A stretch of 64,000 bases of DNA from an uncultured Clostridia bacterium (GCA_947625645.1 CANQPE010000004.1:2467-66466), one strand, 5' to 3'; positions 21,000-31,472 are shown, counted from the stretch's first letter. Notes: generated by a model not told the origin, from the sequence alone. Numbers and translations are program-made.

Positions 21000-22688
21000 A
21001 TGGTAAGAAAATTAAAAAAACTAATCAAAGCAATAAATGTAAAAAACATAAGAGCAGTGTTTCGCTATATCAAACAAAATGGTTTTAAAGGTCTTTATAC
21101 AACTTGTGTTAATCAACTTCGTTTTGGAAAAGTGATACTAGACGAATATGCTACTTGGATTGCCAATAACGAGCCAAACCAAGAAACATTAGAAAGACAA
21201 AAGAAATATGTATCTTGTCAAGAATTAACGTTTGAAATTCTTTTAAAAGATGCTACAAGCAGTTTACGAGAGAGTGTAAAAGAACAAACCTATGCAAACA
21301 TTACGGTAACAGATGTGGCAAATCAAAAAGAATATTTAGAAAAGGTACAAAAGTCAGACAGTGACTATATTGTATTTGCAATGGGGAATATTACATTAGC
21401 ACCTTTTTGCCTATATGAAGTTGTCACTTCTATTGAATACCGTGATTCGATTATGCTATATATGGATAATGATGTTTTTACAGATGGCACGAGAAAAAAA
21501 CCTCATTTTAAGCCAGGATTTGCAAAAGATACCCTTATTTCGCAAAACTATATTGGCAATGTTTTGGTTGTCAAAACCAATTTCTTAAAAGCCCATACAG
21601 ACATTTTAGAAGATTTAGGCAATCAGGTAGTCTATGATATTGCACTTCGTGTGAGTGAAAAAACAAGAAAAATTGAGCATATTCAAAAAGTGTTATACCA
21701 TGAACAACAAGACCCTATGGAAATAGATGTAGCAGACGAAAAGCAAATTATCAAACAGCATTTAACTCGTGTGGGACTAGCAGTAGATGCCATTGAAGAA
21801 GGAAAATTTTTAGGACAATATCATGTGAAATACATACTAAACCATATGCCTAAAATTTCGATTGTGATTCCCAATAAAGATCACATTGAAGACCTAAAGA
21901 AATGTATTGCTTCTATTTTGCAGTCTACGTATCAAAATTATGAAATTATTATTGTAGAAAATAATAGTGAAGCACAAGAAACATGGGACTATTATCAAGC
22001 AATCCAAAAAGACCATTCCAATATTAAGGTAGCAAAGTATGAAATTTCATATTTTAATTATTCTGCTATTGTCAATTTTGGCGTGGAAAATGCTTCAGGG
22101 GAATATATCATTTTATTAAATAACGATATTGAAATCATTACAAAAAATTGGATGGAAGAAATGTTAATGTATGCACAACGACCAGAAGTTGGTATTTGTG
22201 GTGCAAAATTATATTTCCCAGATAGAACGATACAACATGCAGGTGTTACGATTGGAACAAGAGGATTAGCAGGGCATAGATTTCGTGAAATGAAAGAAAG
22301 CGAATATCACCCAAGAGATTATATTCAAATAGTGCAAGATTTAAGTGCAGTAACCGCAGCTTGTTTTATGGTTCGTAAACAATTGTATTTAGACTTATTG
22401 GGATTTGATGAAAAGTTAGCAGTGGCATTTAATGATGTAGATTTTTGTTTAAAAGTAAGAACGGCAAAATATTTAATTGTCTATAACCCTTTTGTGGAAG
22501 CATACCATTATGAATCAAAATCAAGAGGATTAGACACTTCGGGAGAAAAAGAAAAACGCTTTAGTAAGGAATATGAACTGTTTGTCAAACGTTGGTCAAA
22601 AGTGATTCAAAAAGGAGATCCATATTATAACCGAAACTATCGATTAGATACAGATTTGCCAAGAATTAACTATAATAAAATATGGTAG
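21000..22688 (+). CDS. Two-domain family 2 glycosyltransferase
   Basis: The C-terminal half carries ISIVIPNKDHIEDLKKCIASILQSTYQNYEIIIVENNS and LLNNDIE (DxD). The N-terminal half is a degenerate GT2-like fold. Confidence 0.75.
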   Translation: MVRKLKKLIKAINVKNIRAVFRYIKQNGFKGLYTTCVNQLRFGKVILDEYATWIANNEPNQETLERQKKYVSCQELTFEILLKDATSSLRESVKEQTYANITVTDVANQKEYLEKVQKSDSDYIVFAMGNITLAPFCLYEVVTSIEYRDSIMLYMDNDVFTDGTRKKPHFKPGFAKDTLISQNYIGNVLVVKTNFLKAHTDILEDLGNQVVYDIALRVSEKTRKIEHIQKVLYHEQQDPMEIDVADEKQIIKQHLTRVGLAVDAIEEGKFLGQYHVKYILNHMPKISIVIPNKDHIEDLKKCIASILQSTYQNYEIIIVENNSEAQETWDYYQAIQKDHSNIKVAKYEISYFNYSAIVNFGVENASGEYIILLNNDIEIITKNWMEEMLMYAQRPEVGICGAKLYFPDRTIQHAGVTIGTRGLAGHRFREMKESEYHPRDYIQIVQDLSAVTAACFMVRKQLYLDLLGFDEKLAVAFNDVDFCLKVRTAKYLIVYNPFVEAYHYESKSRGLDTSGEKEKRFSKEYELFVKRWSKVIQKGDPYYNRNYRLDTDLPRINYNKIW

Positions 22689-22755
22689 GGATATTGCAAA
22701 AAACACGGAAACATGTTAAAATTTAAGAGAAATTAGGGAAAAAGGAGTAAAAACA

Positions 22756-25176
22756 ATGAAAAAGTATATGTCTCATATTATGATTAGTTTGCTTTTTATC
22801 TGTGCAATCGTAGTATTTACCAATTGGGCTCCAGTACAAGCATCTGGCAATCAAACAATGGTTTATATGGATCAGCCACAGGGAGGAATATATAAAACAA
22901 CTATGTATGTACAAGGTTGGGTGATGTCTCAAGAAGAAAATGTACAAATTAGGGCATTTTTAAACCAAACAGAAGTAACCAATCAATTAAAACGTGTACA
23001 AAGAAATGATGTATTAAAGTCTAGTTATGCAACACAATTTGGTAGTGCAACGCTTAACCCAACACCAGGGTACCAAGGTACAATTGATTTAACGCCATTT
23101 AAAAATGGAACATATCGTTTTACCGTGCAAGCTAGGTCTAGTAAAACCGGAGCAGTATTAAAAGAAATATCTCAAACCATTACTATCAAAAAATATACAC
23201 AACTTTTATGCTTAGATTCACCAAGCAACAATCTTAGAGTCAAAGATAATGTATATGTAAGTGGATGGCTAATGTCTGACAACAGAAATGCGCAAATTAA
23301 AGTATTCATTGACAAGCAAGATGTTTCTAATAAGATTTCTCGTGTACAAAGAACAGATGTATTGAAGGCTATACCAGGGTATGGAGGTTCTACAAAAAAT
23401 CCAACCCCAGGGTATAAAGGAACAATTGATTTAAGTGGATTTGCAGATGGACAACATACGTTTACCATTCAAGTGTATGACGCGGTAGCAAAAGAAATCA
23501 TGTATAGTCATCAAGTGACATTGACCATCAAAAAATACACACAACTTTTGTGCTTAGACATGCCAAGCAATCTTGCAACAGCAAAAGATTCTGTGTATAT
23601 TAGTGGTTGGCTTATGTCAGAAGATAGGGATGCCCAAATTAGGGTATATATTGACCAAAATAATGTTTCTAGCAGTATTTCACGTGTGCAAAGGCCAGAT
23701 GTTCTAAAAGCAATATCAGGGTATGGAGGTTCTACGAAAAATCCAACCCCAGGGTATAAAGGAACAGTGGATTTAAGTGGCATAAAAGATGGTGCGCATA
23801 CGCTTACCATTCAAGTCTATCATGCCAAAACAAACGAAGTGATGTATAGCCATAAACAAACACTTAATATAAAAAAGTATACGTCACTTGTATGCTTAGA
23901 TGAACCAAAAGTAAATGGAAATACAAATTATATGCTTCATGTAAAAGGTTGGGTATTATCTGACAATCCAAATGCCAAGGTATATGTTTCAGTAGATGGA
24001 AAAGATTTTACAGCAAATGTAACTCGCGTAGAAAGGAAAGATGTCTTAAAAGCATATCCTAATAGCTATGGTGGAAGTAGCAAAAATGCCAAACCAGGTT
24101 TTGAAGCAAATGTAGATTTAGCAGGCATAAAAGATGGTACCCGTACCATTACTTTAAAAATAGTTTCCCCAAAAACAAATGAAATCTTATTCCAGACATC
24201 TAGAACAATTGTTGTAAAAAAATACACAGGGAAAGTACATATTGATGCACCATCACAAGGTGTCGTGACATCCGGAAGTTTATATGTAGAAGGATGGGAA
24301 ATGTCAGAAAGTATGAAAACGTCTGTCCAAATTTTTGTTGATAATGTGCAATTGCCTGCTACGATAACACGTAAGCAAAGAACGGATGTTTTAAAAGCTG
24401 TAACAGGGTATGGGGGAAAGGCAAGAAATGCAACACCAGGGTATACTGCAACAGTGAATGTTACTAAATATGCAGATGGAAAACATACTTTAAAAGTAAA
24501 AGTTCTTTCAGATGTAGGGGACGCCATTGCAGAAATGTCAAAAATCATTGAAATCCGCAACCACCAATATTGGGGAATTGATGTGTCTTATTGGCAAGGG
24601 ACAATAGATTATGATGCCCTTGTTGCAACAAAAGAAGTAGACTTTATGATTGCAAGAGCTGGCTATGGTAAACTTCCGGAGCAAAAAGATACGCAATTTG
24701 AAAGAAATTATGCGGAAGCGAAAAAAAGGAAAATTCCAATTGGTACGTATTTATATTCTTATGCCACAACAGTAGAAGATGCCAAAAAAGAAGCCAACAA
24801 TTTATTAACGTGGTTAAAAGGAAAAAGCTTTGAATTACCTGTGTTTTATGATGTAGAAGATGCCTCACAACAACATTTAAGTAAAGAGTTAAAAACAGAT
24901 ATTTGTTTAGCATTTTGTGAGATTATCAAAAATGCAGGCCATAAAGTTGGAATATATTCTAGCAAAAATTGGATATCTTCACAAATTGATTTAACTAGAA
25001 TTCCAGAGGATCATCATCTTTGGGTGGCATCTTATGGAGCAAATAATGCGCAAGTACCAAGCGAAGAATTTGCCTATGCAGGAGAGCATCATATTTGGCA
25101 ATATAGTTCCACCGGAAAGATGAACGGAATACAAGGAGCGGTAGATTTTAATATTTGTTACTATCAATATTTTTAA
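22756..25176 (+). CDS. Secreted protein: signal peptide, 5 x ~114-aa repeat module, C-terminal GH25 muramidase
   Basis: Signal peptide, then repeats at aa 35-603. C-terminus WGIDVSYWQGTIDYDAL..DFMIARAGYG..YLYSYA..FYDVED is a GH25 lysozyme signature. Confidence 0.85.
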   Translation: MKKYMSHIMISLLFICAIVVFTNWAPVQASGNQTMVYMDQPQGGIYKTTMYVQGWVMSQEENVQIRAFLNQTEVTNQLKRVQRNDVLKSSYATQFGSATLNPTPGYQGTIDLTPFKNGTYRFTVQARSSKTGAVLKEISQTITIKKYTQLLCLDSPSNNLRVKDNVYVSGWLMSDNRNAQIKVFIDKQDVSNKISRVQRTDVLKAIPGYGGSTKNPTPGYKGTIDLSGFADGQHTFTIQVYDAVAKEIMYSHQVTLTIKKYTQLLCLDMPSNLATAKDSVYISGWLMSEDRDAQIRVYIDQNNVSSSISRVQRPDVLKAISGYGGSTKNPTPGYKGTVDLSGIKDGAHTLTIQVYHAKTNEVMYSHKQTLNIKKYTSLVCLDEPKVNGNTNYMLHVKGWVLSDNPNAKVYVSVDGKDFTANVTRVERKDVLKAYPNSYGGSSKNAKPGFEANVDLAGIKDGTRTITLKIVSPKTNEILFQTSRTIVVKKYTGKVHIDAPSQGVVTSGSLYVEGWEMSESMKTSVQIFVDNVQLPATITRKQRTDVLKAVTGYGGKARNATPGYTATVNVTKYADGKHTLKVKVLSDVGDAIAEMSKIIEIRNHQYWGIDVSYWQGTIDYDALVATKEVDFMIARAGYGKLPEQKDTQFERNYAEAKKRKIPIGTYLYSYATTVEDAKKEANNLLTWLKGKSFELPVFYDVEDASQQHLSKELKTDICLAFCEIIKNAGHKVGIYSSKNWISSQIDLTRIPEDHHLWVASYGANNAQVPSEEFAYAGEHHIWQYSSTGKMNGIQGAVDFNICYYQYF
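22858..24564 (+). repeat. Five tandem in-frame coding repeats (342-nt period)
   Basis: Same module as in 11076..12452. Units 23200..23541 and 23542..23883 are visibly near-identical at protein level (QLLCLD.PSN...IKKYT). Confidence 0.85.
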
Positions 25177-25197
25177 AAGTAAGGAATGAAATAAAGA

Positions 25198-26127
25198 ATG
25201 GAAAAAATATCAATTATTGTACCATGTTATAATGAAGAAGAAACGGTAGCATTGTTTTACCAAGAAGCGGAGCGAGTAAAAGAACAAAATTTTCCCAATG
25301 TAGCATTTGAATATATTTTTGTAGATGATGGTTCAAAAGATAGAACACTAGAAGAAATTAAAAAATTAGCGAAAACAGATGAAACAGTGAGATTTATTTC
25401 ATTTTCTCGTAATTTTGGAAAAGAAGCGGCCATGTTGGCAGGGCTAGACAGTGCAACAGGAGATTATATAACATTAATGGATGCAGATTTGCAAGACCCG
25501 CCAGCATTGTTACGAAAAATGTATGATATGATAAAACAAGAAGGGTATGACTGTATTGCCACAAGACGTGTAACGCGCAAGGGAGAACCACCAATTCGTA
25601 GCTTTTTTGCAAAGTGTTTTTACCGCGTGATTAATCACATTTCAGATGTGCAAATGGTAGATGGTGCAAGAGATTATCGCTTAATGACGAGACAAATGGT
25701 AGATAATATTGTTTCCATGAGAGAATATAATCGATTTTCAAAAGGGCTCTTTGGTTTTGTTGGGTTTAAAACCAAATGGATTGAATATGAGAATGTAGAA
25801 AGAGTAGCTGGAAAAACAAAATGGTCATTTTGGAAATTGTTCAAATATGCTATTGAAGGCATTACCGCGTTTTCAACCACGCCGCTTCTGATTTGCTCTC
25901 TTATTGGATTATTGTTTTGTTTAATTGCCTTTTTTATCATCTTGTTTATCATTATCAAAACATTGGTATATGGAGACCCAACCAGTGGATGGCCATCTTT
26001 GGTATGTATTATCTTCTTTGTGAGTGGTGTGCAATTATTTTCTTTAGGCATTATAGGGCAATACCTATCAAAAACATATTTAGAAGTAAAGCATCGCCCA
26101 ATTTATATTGTGAAAGAAAAAAAGTAA
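25198..26127 (+). CDS. Polyprenyl-phosphate glycosyltransferase (GT2, GtrB/CsbB-like) with two C-terminal TM helices
   Basis: ISIIVPCYNEEE..VDDGSKD..MDADLQDPP.., followed by two hydrophobic helices. Confidence 0.85.
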   Translation: MEKISIIVPCYNEEETVALFYQEAERVKEQNFPNVAFEYIFVDDGSKDRTLEEIKKLAKTDETVRFISFSRNFGKEAAMLAGLDSATGDYITLMDADLQDPPALLRKMYDMIKQEGYDCIATRRVTRKGEPPIRSFFAKCFYRVINHISDVQMVDGARDYRLMTRQMVDNIVSMREYNRFSKGLFGFVGFKTKWIEYENVERVAGKTKWSFWKLFKYAIEGITAFSTTPLLICSLIGLLFCLIAFFIILFIIIKTLVYGDPTSGWPSLVCIIFFVSGVQLFSLGIIGQYLSKTYLEVKHRPIYIVKEKK

Positions 26128-26302
26128 AAAACTAGCGTTCCCCTTTTTTGAAGTGAACCCAAATTATTAGACAAAAAGTTTAATAAGGAGGGTTCATTTT
26201 TATGTCAAAATATTCAAATAAATTATAAAAAAATGTCGTTTTAACTTGTATTTTTTTCCAACTCATGATAAGATAGATATGCAAAGAAAGGAATGTGATA
26301 AT

Positions 26303-27151
26303 ATGAAGATCTTAATTACAGGTGCAAACGGAATGCTTGCAAAATCCGTAATAAAGAGAGTGCAAAAAGGAAATGAACTCATCTTAACAGATGTTGCTGA
26401 TTTAGATATTACCAATGAAGAAGCAGTGATGCAATTTGTAGAAGAAAAAAAACCAGAATATATCATAAACTGTGCTGCCTATACAGCTGTTGACAAAGCA
26501 GAAGAAGTATATGAATTAGCAGATAAAATCAATGGAGATGGACCAGGAAACTTAGCAAAAGCTGCTAAAAAAATAGGAGCCATATTAATCCATATTAGTA
26601 CAGATTATGTATTTGATGGTGAGTTAGATGTTTCAAAATTTTATCAAGAAAATGACAAAGTAGGCCCTGTTACTGTCTATGGAAAAACAAAACTACATGG
26701 AGAAGAACAAGTTCAAAACAATACAGACAAGTATTATATCTTTAGAACCGCATGGCTATATGGAGATGGAAATAATTTTGTTAGAACAATGCTAAAACTA
26801 GGAAAAGAAAATGAACCAGTGTCTGTTGTGGCTGACCAACACGGAAGCCCTACATATGCAGAAGATTTAGCAAACATCATAGGAGAAGCAATTGAAAAAC
26901 AAATTCCATATGGATTATACCATTCAACAAACCAAGGTTTTACAACATGGTATGGATTTACACAAAAAATCTTTGCATTAGCAAATGTCAACTGTGAAAT
27001 TAAACCAGTGACATCTGAACAATTTGTTAGACCAGCCAAAAGGCCTAAAAATTCTCAATTAAACAAAGATAAATTATTAGCACAAGGCATTACCATACCA
27101 ACATGGGAAGATGCATTGAAACGATATTTAGAAGTAGAGTTACATTCATAA
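26303..27151 (+). CDS. rfbD: dTDP-4-dehydrorhamnose reductase
   Basis: MKILITGANGMLA, STDYVFDG, RTAWLYG. Start set at ATG 26303, behind aaagga. Confidence 0.9.
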   Translation: MKILITGANGMLAKSVIKRVQKGNELILTDVADLDITNEEAVMQFVEEKKPEYIINCAAYTAVDKAEEVYELADKINGDGPGNLAKAAKKIGAILIHISTDYVFDGELDVSKFYQENDKVGPVTVYGKTKLHGEEQVQNNTDKYYIFRTAWLYGDGNNFVRTMLKLGKENEPVSVVADQHGSPTYAEDLANIIGEAIEKQIPYGLYHSTNQGFTTWYGFTQKIFALANVNCEIKPVTSEQFVRPAKRPKNSQLNKDKLLAQGITIPTWEDALKRYLEVELHS

Positions 27152-27268
27152 AGTACCGAGCAACAAACAAATTTTTATTTCGGTAATGACGGTTGAAAAA
27201 CACATTGTAATCCTTAAAAAGTTTGACAATCGTTGTTATAAAAGTTTTACAATCCCGATGAAACGAAT

Positions 27269-27309
27269 GGAACGCATGAGAATGACAGAGAGAAAATGGT
27301 ATGCGTTCC
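27269..27309 (+). promoter_or_regulatory. 9-bp stem hairpin in the rfbD-rfbA spacer (possible internal attenuator or processing site)
   Basis: ggaacgcat (27269-27277) pairs with atgcgttcc (27301-27309) across a 23-nt loop, followed by taaatttattt. Confidence 0.3.
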
Positions 27310-27345
27310 TAAATTTATTTAAAAAACAAAGAAATGAGGGTAAAT

Positions 27346-28218
27346 ATGAAAAACAGAAAAGGAATTATATTAGCAGGGGGAAGTGGAACAAGATTATATC
27401 CATTGACACTTGCGATATCAAAACAAATTATGCCAGTATATGACAAACCAATGATATACTATCCATTATCTGTTTTAATGGAAGCTAATATAAGGGAAGT
27501 ACTCATTATATCAACGCCAAGGGATATTGTTGTATTTCAGGAACTATTAGGAGATGGTAGTCAGTGGGGAATGCATTTTGCATATAAAATACAAGAAAAG
27601 CCAAATGGACTAGCAGAAGCCTTTATTATTGGAGAACACTTTATTGGAGAAGATAATGTTGCTATGATATTAGGAGACAATATGTTCTATGGTTCCCATC
27701 TATCTGAAATGTTAAAAAGAGCAAATGAAAGAGAAGATGAATCAACCATATTTGGTTACTATGTAAAAGATCCAAAAGCATATGGTGTGGTTGAGATAAA
27801 TGAAGAAGGAAAAGCCATTTCTATTGAAGAAAAGCCACAAAATCCAAAATCCAATTATGCAGTACCAGGGCTGTATTTCTATACAAATGATGTAGTGCAA
27901 ATAGCCAAAAATATAAAACCATCTGCTAGAGGAGAACTAGAAATTACAACGGTGAATGAAGAATATATGAAAAAAAATAAATTACATGTTGAAACCTTTG
28001 GAAGAGGTATGACATGGTTTGACACGGGCACACATGATGCGTTATTAGAGACAGCAAGTTTTGTTCAAACCATTGAAAAAAGGCAGGGAATGCAAGTTTG
28101 CTGCCCAGAAGAAATTGCCTACCAAAAAAAATGGATTACAGACCAGGAATTATTAACATTAGCTGAAAAGTACATGAAAACAGATTATGGGAAATATTTA
28201 AAAGATTTAATCAAATAA
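27346..28218 (+). CDS. rfbA: Glucose-1-phosphate thymidylyltransferase
   Basis: [24 protein letters not shown]. Colinear with RmlA. Confidence 0.92.
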   Translation: MKNRKGIILAGGSGTRLYPLTLAISKQIMPVYDKPMIYYPLSVLMEANIREVLIISTPRDIVVFQELLGDGSQWGMHFAYKIQEKPNGLAEAFIIGEHFIGEDNVAMILGDNMFYGSHLSEMLKRANEREDESTIFGYYVKDPKAYGVVEINEEGKAISIEEKPQNPKSNYAVPGLYFYTNDVVQIAKNIKPSARGELEITTVNEEYMKKNKLHVETFGRGMTWFDTGTHDALLETASFVQTIEKRQGMQVCCPEEIAYQKKWITDQELLTLAEKYMKTDYGKYLKDLIK

Positions 28219-28240
28219 GAGTGTAAGAAAGGAATATAAA

Positions 28241-28822
28241 ATGGGAAAATTTAAAAAAATAGAAACTTCAATAGAAGGTGTATGTATTATTGAACCAACC
28301 GTGTTTGGAGATAATAGAGGATACTTTATGGAAACTTATAGCAAAAAAGATTTTGAGGAATTAGGGTTACACTATGACTTTGTTCAAGACAACCAATCCA
28401 AATCTAAAAAAGGCGTATTAAGAGGATTGCATTTCCAAACAGAAAACACACAAGCAAAACTAGTGCGTGTGATAAAAGGGGAAGTGTTTGACGTAGCAGT
28501 AGACCTTAGACCAGGAAGCAAAACTTATGGAAAATGGGAAGGGGTTATTCTTTCAGACGAAAATAAGAAAATGTTTATGATTCCTAAGGGATTTGCACAT
28601 GGATTTTTGGTCTTGTCTGATGAAGCAGAATTTACCTATAAATGTGACGATTTCTTTAATGGAAATGCTGAAGGAGGATTGGCTTGGAATGATAAAGATG
28701 TTGCCATTCAATGGCCTTTGGGAGATATGAAAGAAGAAGACTTGCTGACTTCAGAGAAAGATGCTAAATGGCCAACACTGCAAGAATTAAAAAATACAGA
28801 TTTGTTTCAAAATTTGAAGTAG
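28241..28822 (+). CDS. rfbC: dTDP-4-dehydrorhamnose 3,5-epimerase
   Basis: FGDNRGYFMETY, LRGLHFQ, KLVRVIKGEVFDVAVDLR. Confidence 0.92.
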   Translation: MGKFKKIETSIEGVCIIEPTVFGDNRGYFMETYSKKDFEELGLHYDFVQDNQSKSKKGVLRGLHFQTENTQAKLVRVIKGEVFDVAVDLRPGSKTYGKWEGVILSDENKKMFMIPKGFAHGFLVLSDEAEFTYKCDDFFNGNAEGGLAWNDKDVAIQWPLGDMKEEDLLTSEKDAKWPTLQELKNTDLFQNLK

Positions 28823-28839
28823 AAAGGAAAGAAAGAAAA

Positions 28840-29808
28840 ATGAAAAATAATGCATTAGTAACAGGAGCAGCAGGATTTATAGGAGCAAATTTTGCAGAAT
28901 ATTTTGTCAACCACCATCCAGATTACCATGTTGTTGTCTTAGATAAATTAACATATGCGGGTAATTTAGATAACTTGAAAAAAGTTATGGACAAGATAAC
29001 ATTTGTACAAGGGGATATTTGTGACTTTGATTTGGTTTTGTCTGTATTTAAAAAGTATGAAATTAATGGTGTTATCCATTTTGCAGCAGAATCTCATGTA
29101 GACAATAGCATTAAGAATCCATTTATATTTACACATACAAATGTCATAGGAACACACACATTATTAGAGGCTGCTAAGCAAACATGGGGAGAAGGTAGCC
29201 CTAATAAATTTGTTCATATTTCTACAGATGAAGTATATGGTTCTTTAAAAGAAGAAGGCTATTTTACAGAAACGTCTCCTATTAAACCAAGTAGTCCTTA
29301 TTCTTCTTCAAAAGCAAGTTCTGATTTAATTGCGCTTGCTTACAAAGAGACATACAAAATGAATATTAATGTAACAAATTGTTCTAATAATTATGGACCA
29401 TATCAGCATAATGAGAAATTAATTCCTCATATGATAAAATTAGCGCTAAATGGTGAAAAATTACCAGTTTATGGAACAGGTAGAAATATTCGTGATTGGC
29501 TATATGTAGAAGACCATTGTGAAGCAATAGATTTAGTGTTTCATAAAGGGGTGCCAGGAGAAAGGTATAATATAGGTGGACATAACGAAAAAAGAAATAT
29601 AGAAATTGTCAAGCTAATTTTAAAGGAATTAGATAAATCTGAAGATTTAATTGAATTTGTAGAGGATAGAAAAGGGCATGATTATCGTTATGCCATTGAC
29701 CCTACAAAAATAAAAAATGAATTAGGCTGGGAACCAAAAACAAAGTTTGAGGATGGAATTATTAAGACAATTAAGTGGTATATTGGAAATCCAGAGTGGT
29801 TACGTTAG
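28840..29808 (+). CDS. rfbB: dTDP-glucose 4,6-dehydratase
   Basis: VTGAAGFIGANF, ISTDEVYG, YSSSKASSD. Start set at ATG 28840. Confidence 0.92.
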   Translation: MKNNALVTGAAGFIGANFAEYFVNHHPDYHVVVLDKLTYAGNLDNLKKVMDKITFVQGDICDFDLVLSVFKKYEINGVIHFAAESHVDNSIKNPFIFTHTNVIGTHTLLEAAKQTWGEGSPNKFVHISTDEVYGSLKEEGYFTETSPIKPSSPYSSSKASSDLIALAYKETYKMNINVTNCSNNYGPYQHNEKLIPHMIKLALNGEKLPVYGTGRNIRDWLYVEDHCEAIDLVFHKGVPGERYNIGGHNEKRNIEIVKLILKELDKSEDLIEFVEDRKGHDYRYAIDPTKIKNELGWEPKTKFEDGIIKTIKWYIGNPEWLR

Positions 29809-29844
29809 TAAAATCAGTATGCCCCGAGAAAGGAAGAGCATAGG

Positions 29845-30717
29845 ATGAGAATAGGAATTGATATTGGAGGAAGTCATATTGCTGTTGCAATTGTGGATGG
29901 ACAAACCATTGTTGAAAAAATAGAATATGTCTATGATGTAGCATTTAGAGAGCATATTCGTGACAATATAGTTACCTATTTAAAAAATACAATAGCGACA
30001 TTGTTACAAAACTATAAGATTGAAAAAATTGGTATTGCATTGGCAGGCTTTCTAAAAGGTGATACATTAGTCATTTCACCAAATTTACCAGAATTGAATG
30101 GAATCAATTTTGTTGATATTTTATTTTCAGAATTTTCAATTCCTGTTCATGTGGGTGTAGACAGTTTATGTGCAGGAAAAGCGGAGAAAGAATATGGTTG
30201 TTTAAAGCCATATCATAATGGTGTATTCCTTGTGGTAGGCACAGGAATTGGAGCAGTTTGTTTTTATGACAATGCCATGTATGTTAATGAATTTGGGCAT
30301 ATGGTATTACAACGTAATGGCAATTTGTGCCGCTGTGGTAAAAAAGGTTGCTTTGAAACCTATGGTTCTATGAAAGCATTGAAACAAACAATACAAAATG
30401 TTTTAGGAATTACAGAACATTCTGGGGAAGTCATACGAGCGTATTTACGAGAACATAGGGATGACCCAACCGTGCAAAAAGTCATTCTGGACTATGTAGA
30501 TGATTTTTGCATGGGATTAAGCAATATTATTGATATTACAATGCCAGAAGTGATAGGGTTTGGAGGCAGTTTTTCTTATTATGAAGATATATTGCTTGAT
30601 GCAATCAGGCAGAAATTAAAAGAGGAAACGTTATTTATTGAAAAAACAAATGTGCCCGCTTTGGTTATGGGAGAATTAAAAAATGATTCAGGGATGATAG
30701 GAGCAACAATATTTTAA
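29845..30717 (+). CDS. ROK family sugar kinase
   Basis: IGIDIGGSHI and the ROK zinc motif CRCGKKGCFETYGS. Confidence 0.8.
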   Translation: MRIGIDIGGSHIAVAIVDGQTIVEKIEYVYDVAFREHIRDNIVTYLKNTIATLLQNYKIEKIGIALAGFLKGDTLVISPNLPELNGINFVDILFSEFSIPVHVGVDSLCAGKAEKEYGCLKPYHNGVFLVVGTGIGAVCFYDNAMYVNEFGHMVLQRNGNLCRCGKKGCFETYGSMKALKQTIQNVLGITEHSGEVIRAYLREHRDDPTVQKVILDYVDDFCMGLSNIIDITMPEVIGFGGSFSYYEDILLDAIRQKLKEETLFIEKTNVPALVMGELKNDSGMIGATIF

Positions 30718-30780
30718 AGAATAGGTAAGCCAATAGAACATCTAAATTTAATTTTTTATATTCCAAAATTTACATAATTT

Positions 30781-30789
30781 CATATGATA
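30781..30789 (+). promoter_or_regulatory. Possible sigma-K type -10 element upstream of dpaB
   Basis: catatgata fits CATAnnnTA and lies 35 nt upstream of the TTG start. No convincing -35 AC was found. Confidence 0.25.
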
Positions 30790-30823
30790 TAGTAAGACCA
30801 TATGAAAGGAGGATATATGAATT

Positions 30824-31293
30824 TTGGATGTAAAAGGAAAGAAAATAGGATATGTACTTACAGGGTCATTTTGCACGTTTCGCAAAACAATTCCTAAAAT
30901 AAAAGAGTTAACGGAAATGGGAGCGGAAATCGTTCCTGTTATGTCTTTTCATAGTTATACATTAGATACGAAATTTGGAAAGGCACAAGAGTTTATAGAT
31001 GAAATTGAAGAAATAACAGGTAAGGAAATTATCCATACCATACAAGATGCAGAACCAATAGGACCTAAAAAATTAACAGATATTATGGTGATTGCACCTT
31101 GTTCTGGAAATACAATTTCAAAACTTGCCTATGATATAATTGATACGCCTGCTACTATGGCAGCGAAATCACACTTAAGAAACAATTTACCCATTGTAAT
31201 TGCCATTTCTACAAACAATGGCTTAGGTGCTAATGCGGAAAGTATTGGCAGATTGTTAAACAGGAGAAATTATTATTTTGTACCGTTTACACA
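30824..31293 (+). pseudogene. dpaB: Dipicolinate synthase subunit B, 5' segment of a split gene (in the integrated state the ORF runs on to a stop at 31342)
   Basis: GKKIGYVLTGSFCTF..MVIAPCSGNTISKLA..MAAKSHLRNN.PIVIAISTNN...NYYFVPF is colinear with B. subtilis SpoVFB up to the IPF|GQDDP position. It then diverges as base composition turns AT-rich. Confidence 0.85.
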
Positions 31294-31338
31294 TGTAGGA
31301 ATGTGTTATACACAAATCAATATTTCATTTCAAAACAT

Positions 31339-31367
31339 TTGACAAGAGAAAAAATATATGGTAATAT
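31339..31367 (+). promoter_or_regulatory. Sigma-A type promoter of the hisS-fusion operon
   Basis: TTGACA (31339-44), 17-nt spacer, TAATAT (31362-67) with TGn just upstream. Confidence 0.6.
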
Positions 31368-31401
31368 ATAAATATAATAAAAATTTAAAAGAGGGAAAAT
31401 T

Positions 31402-31455
31402 ATGAAGTCACAAATATTTTTAAACCAATTACATCATCATCGTAGGAGCTTGTAA
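31402..31455 (+). CDS. 17-codon leader peptide MKSQIFLNQLHHHRRSL with three consecutive His codons
   Basis: RBS agaggg 6-7 nt upstream of the ATG. cat cat cat lies at 31432-31440. The peptide sits in the 5' leader of a HisRS gene. Confidence 0.55.
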   Translation: MKSQIFLNQLHHHRRSL

Positions 31456-31472
31456 CTATATGCTGGTAAGCA

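Noticed and set aside
27186-27443. 85-aa ORF in the rfbD-rfbA spacer.
   Set aside because: It has no RBS, overlaps the well-supported rfbA start and has a basic low-complexity sequence. The spacer is better explained by a hairpin and promoter region.
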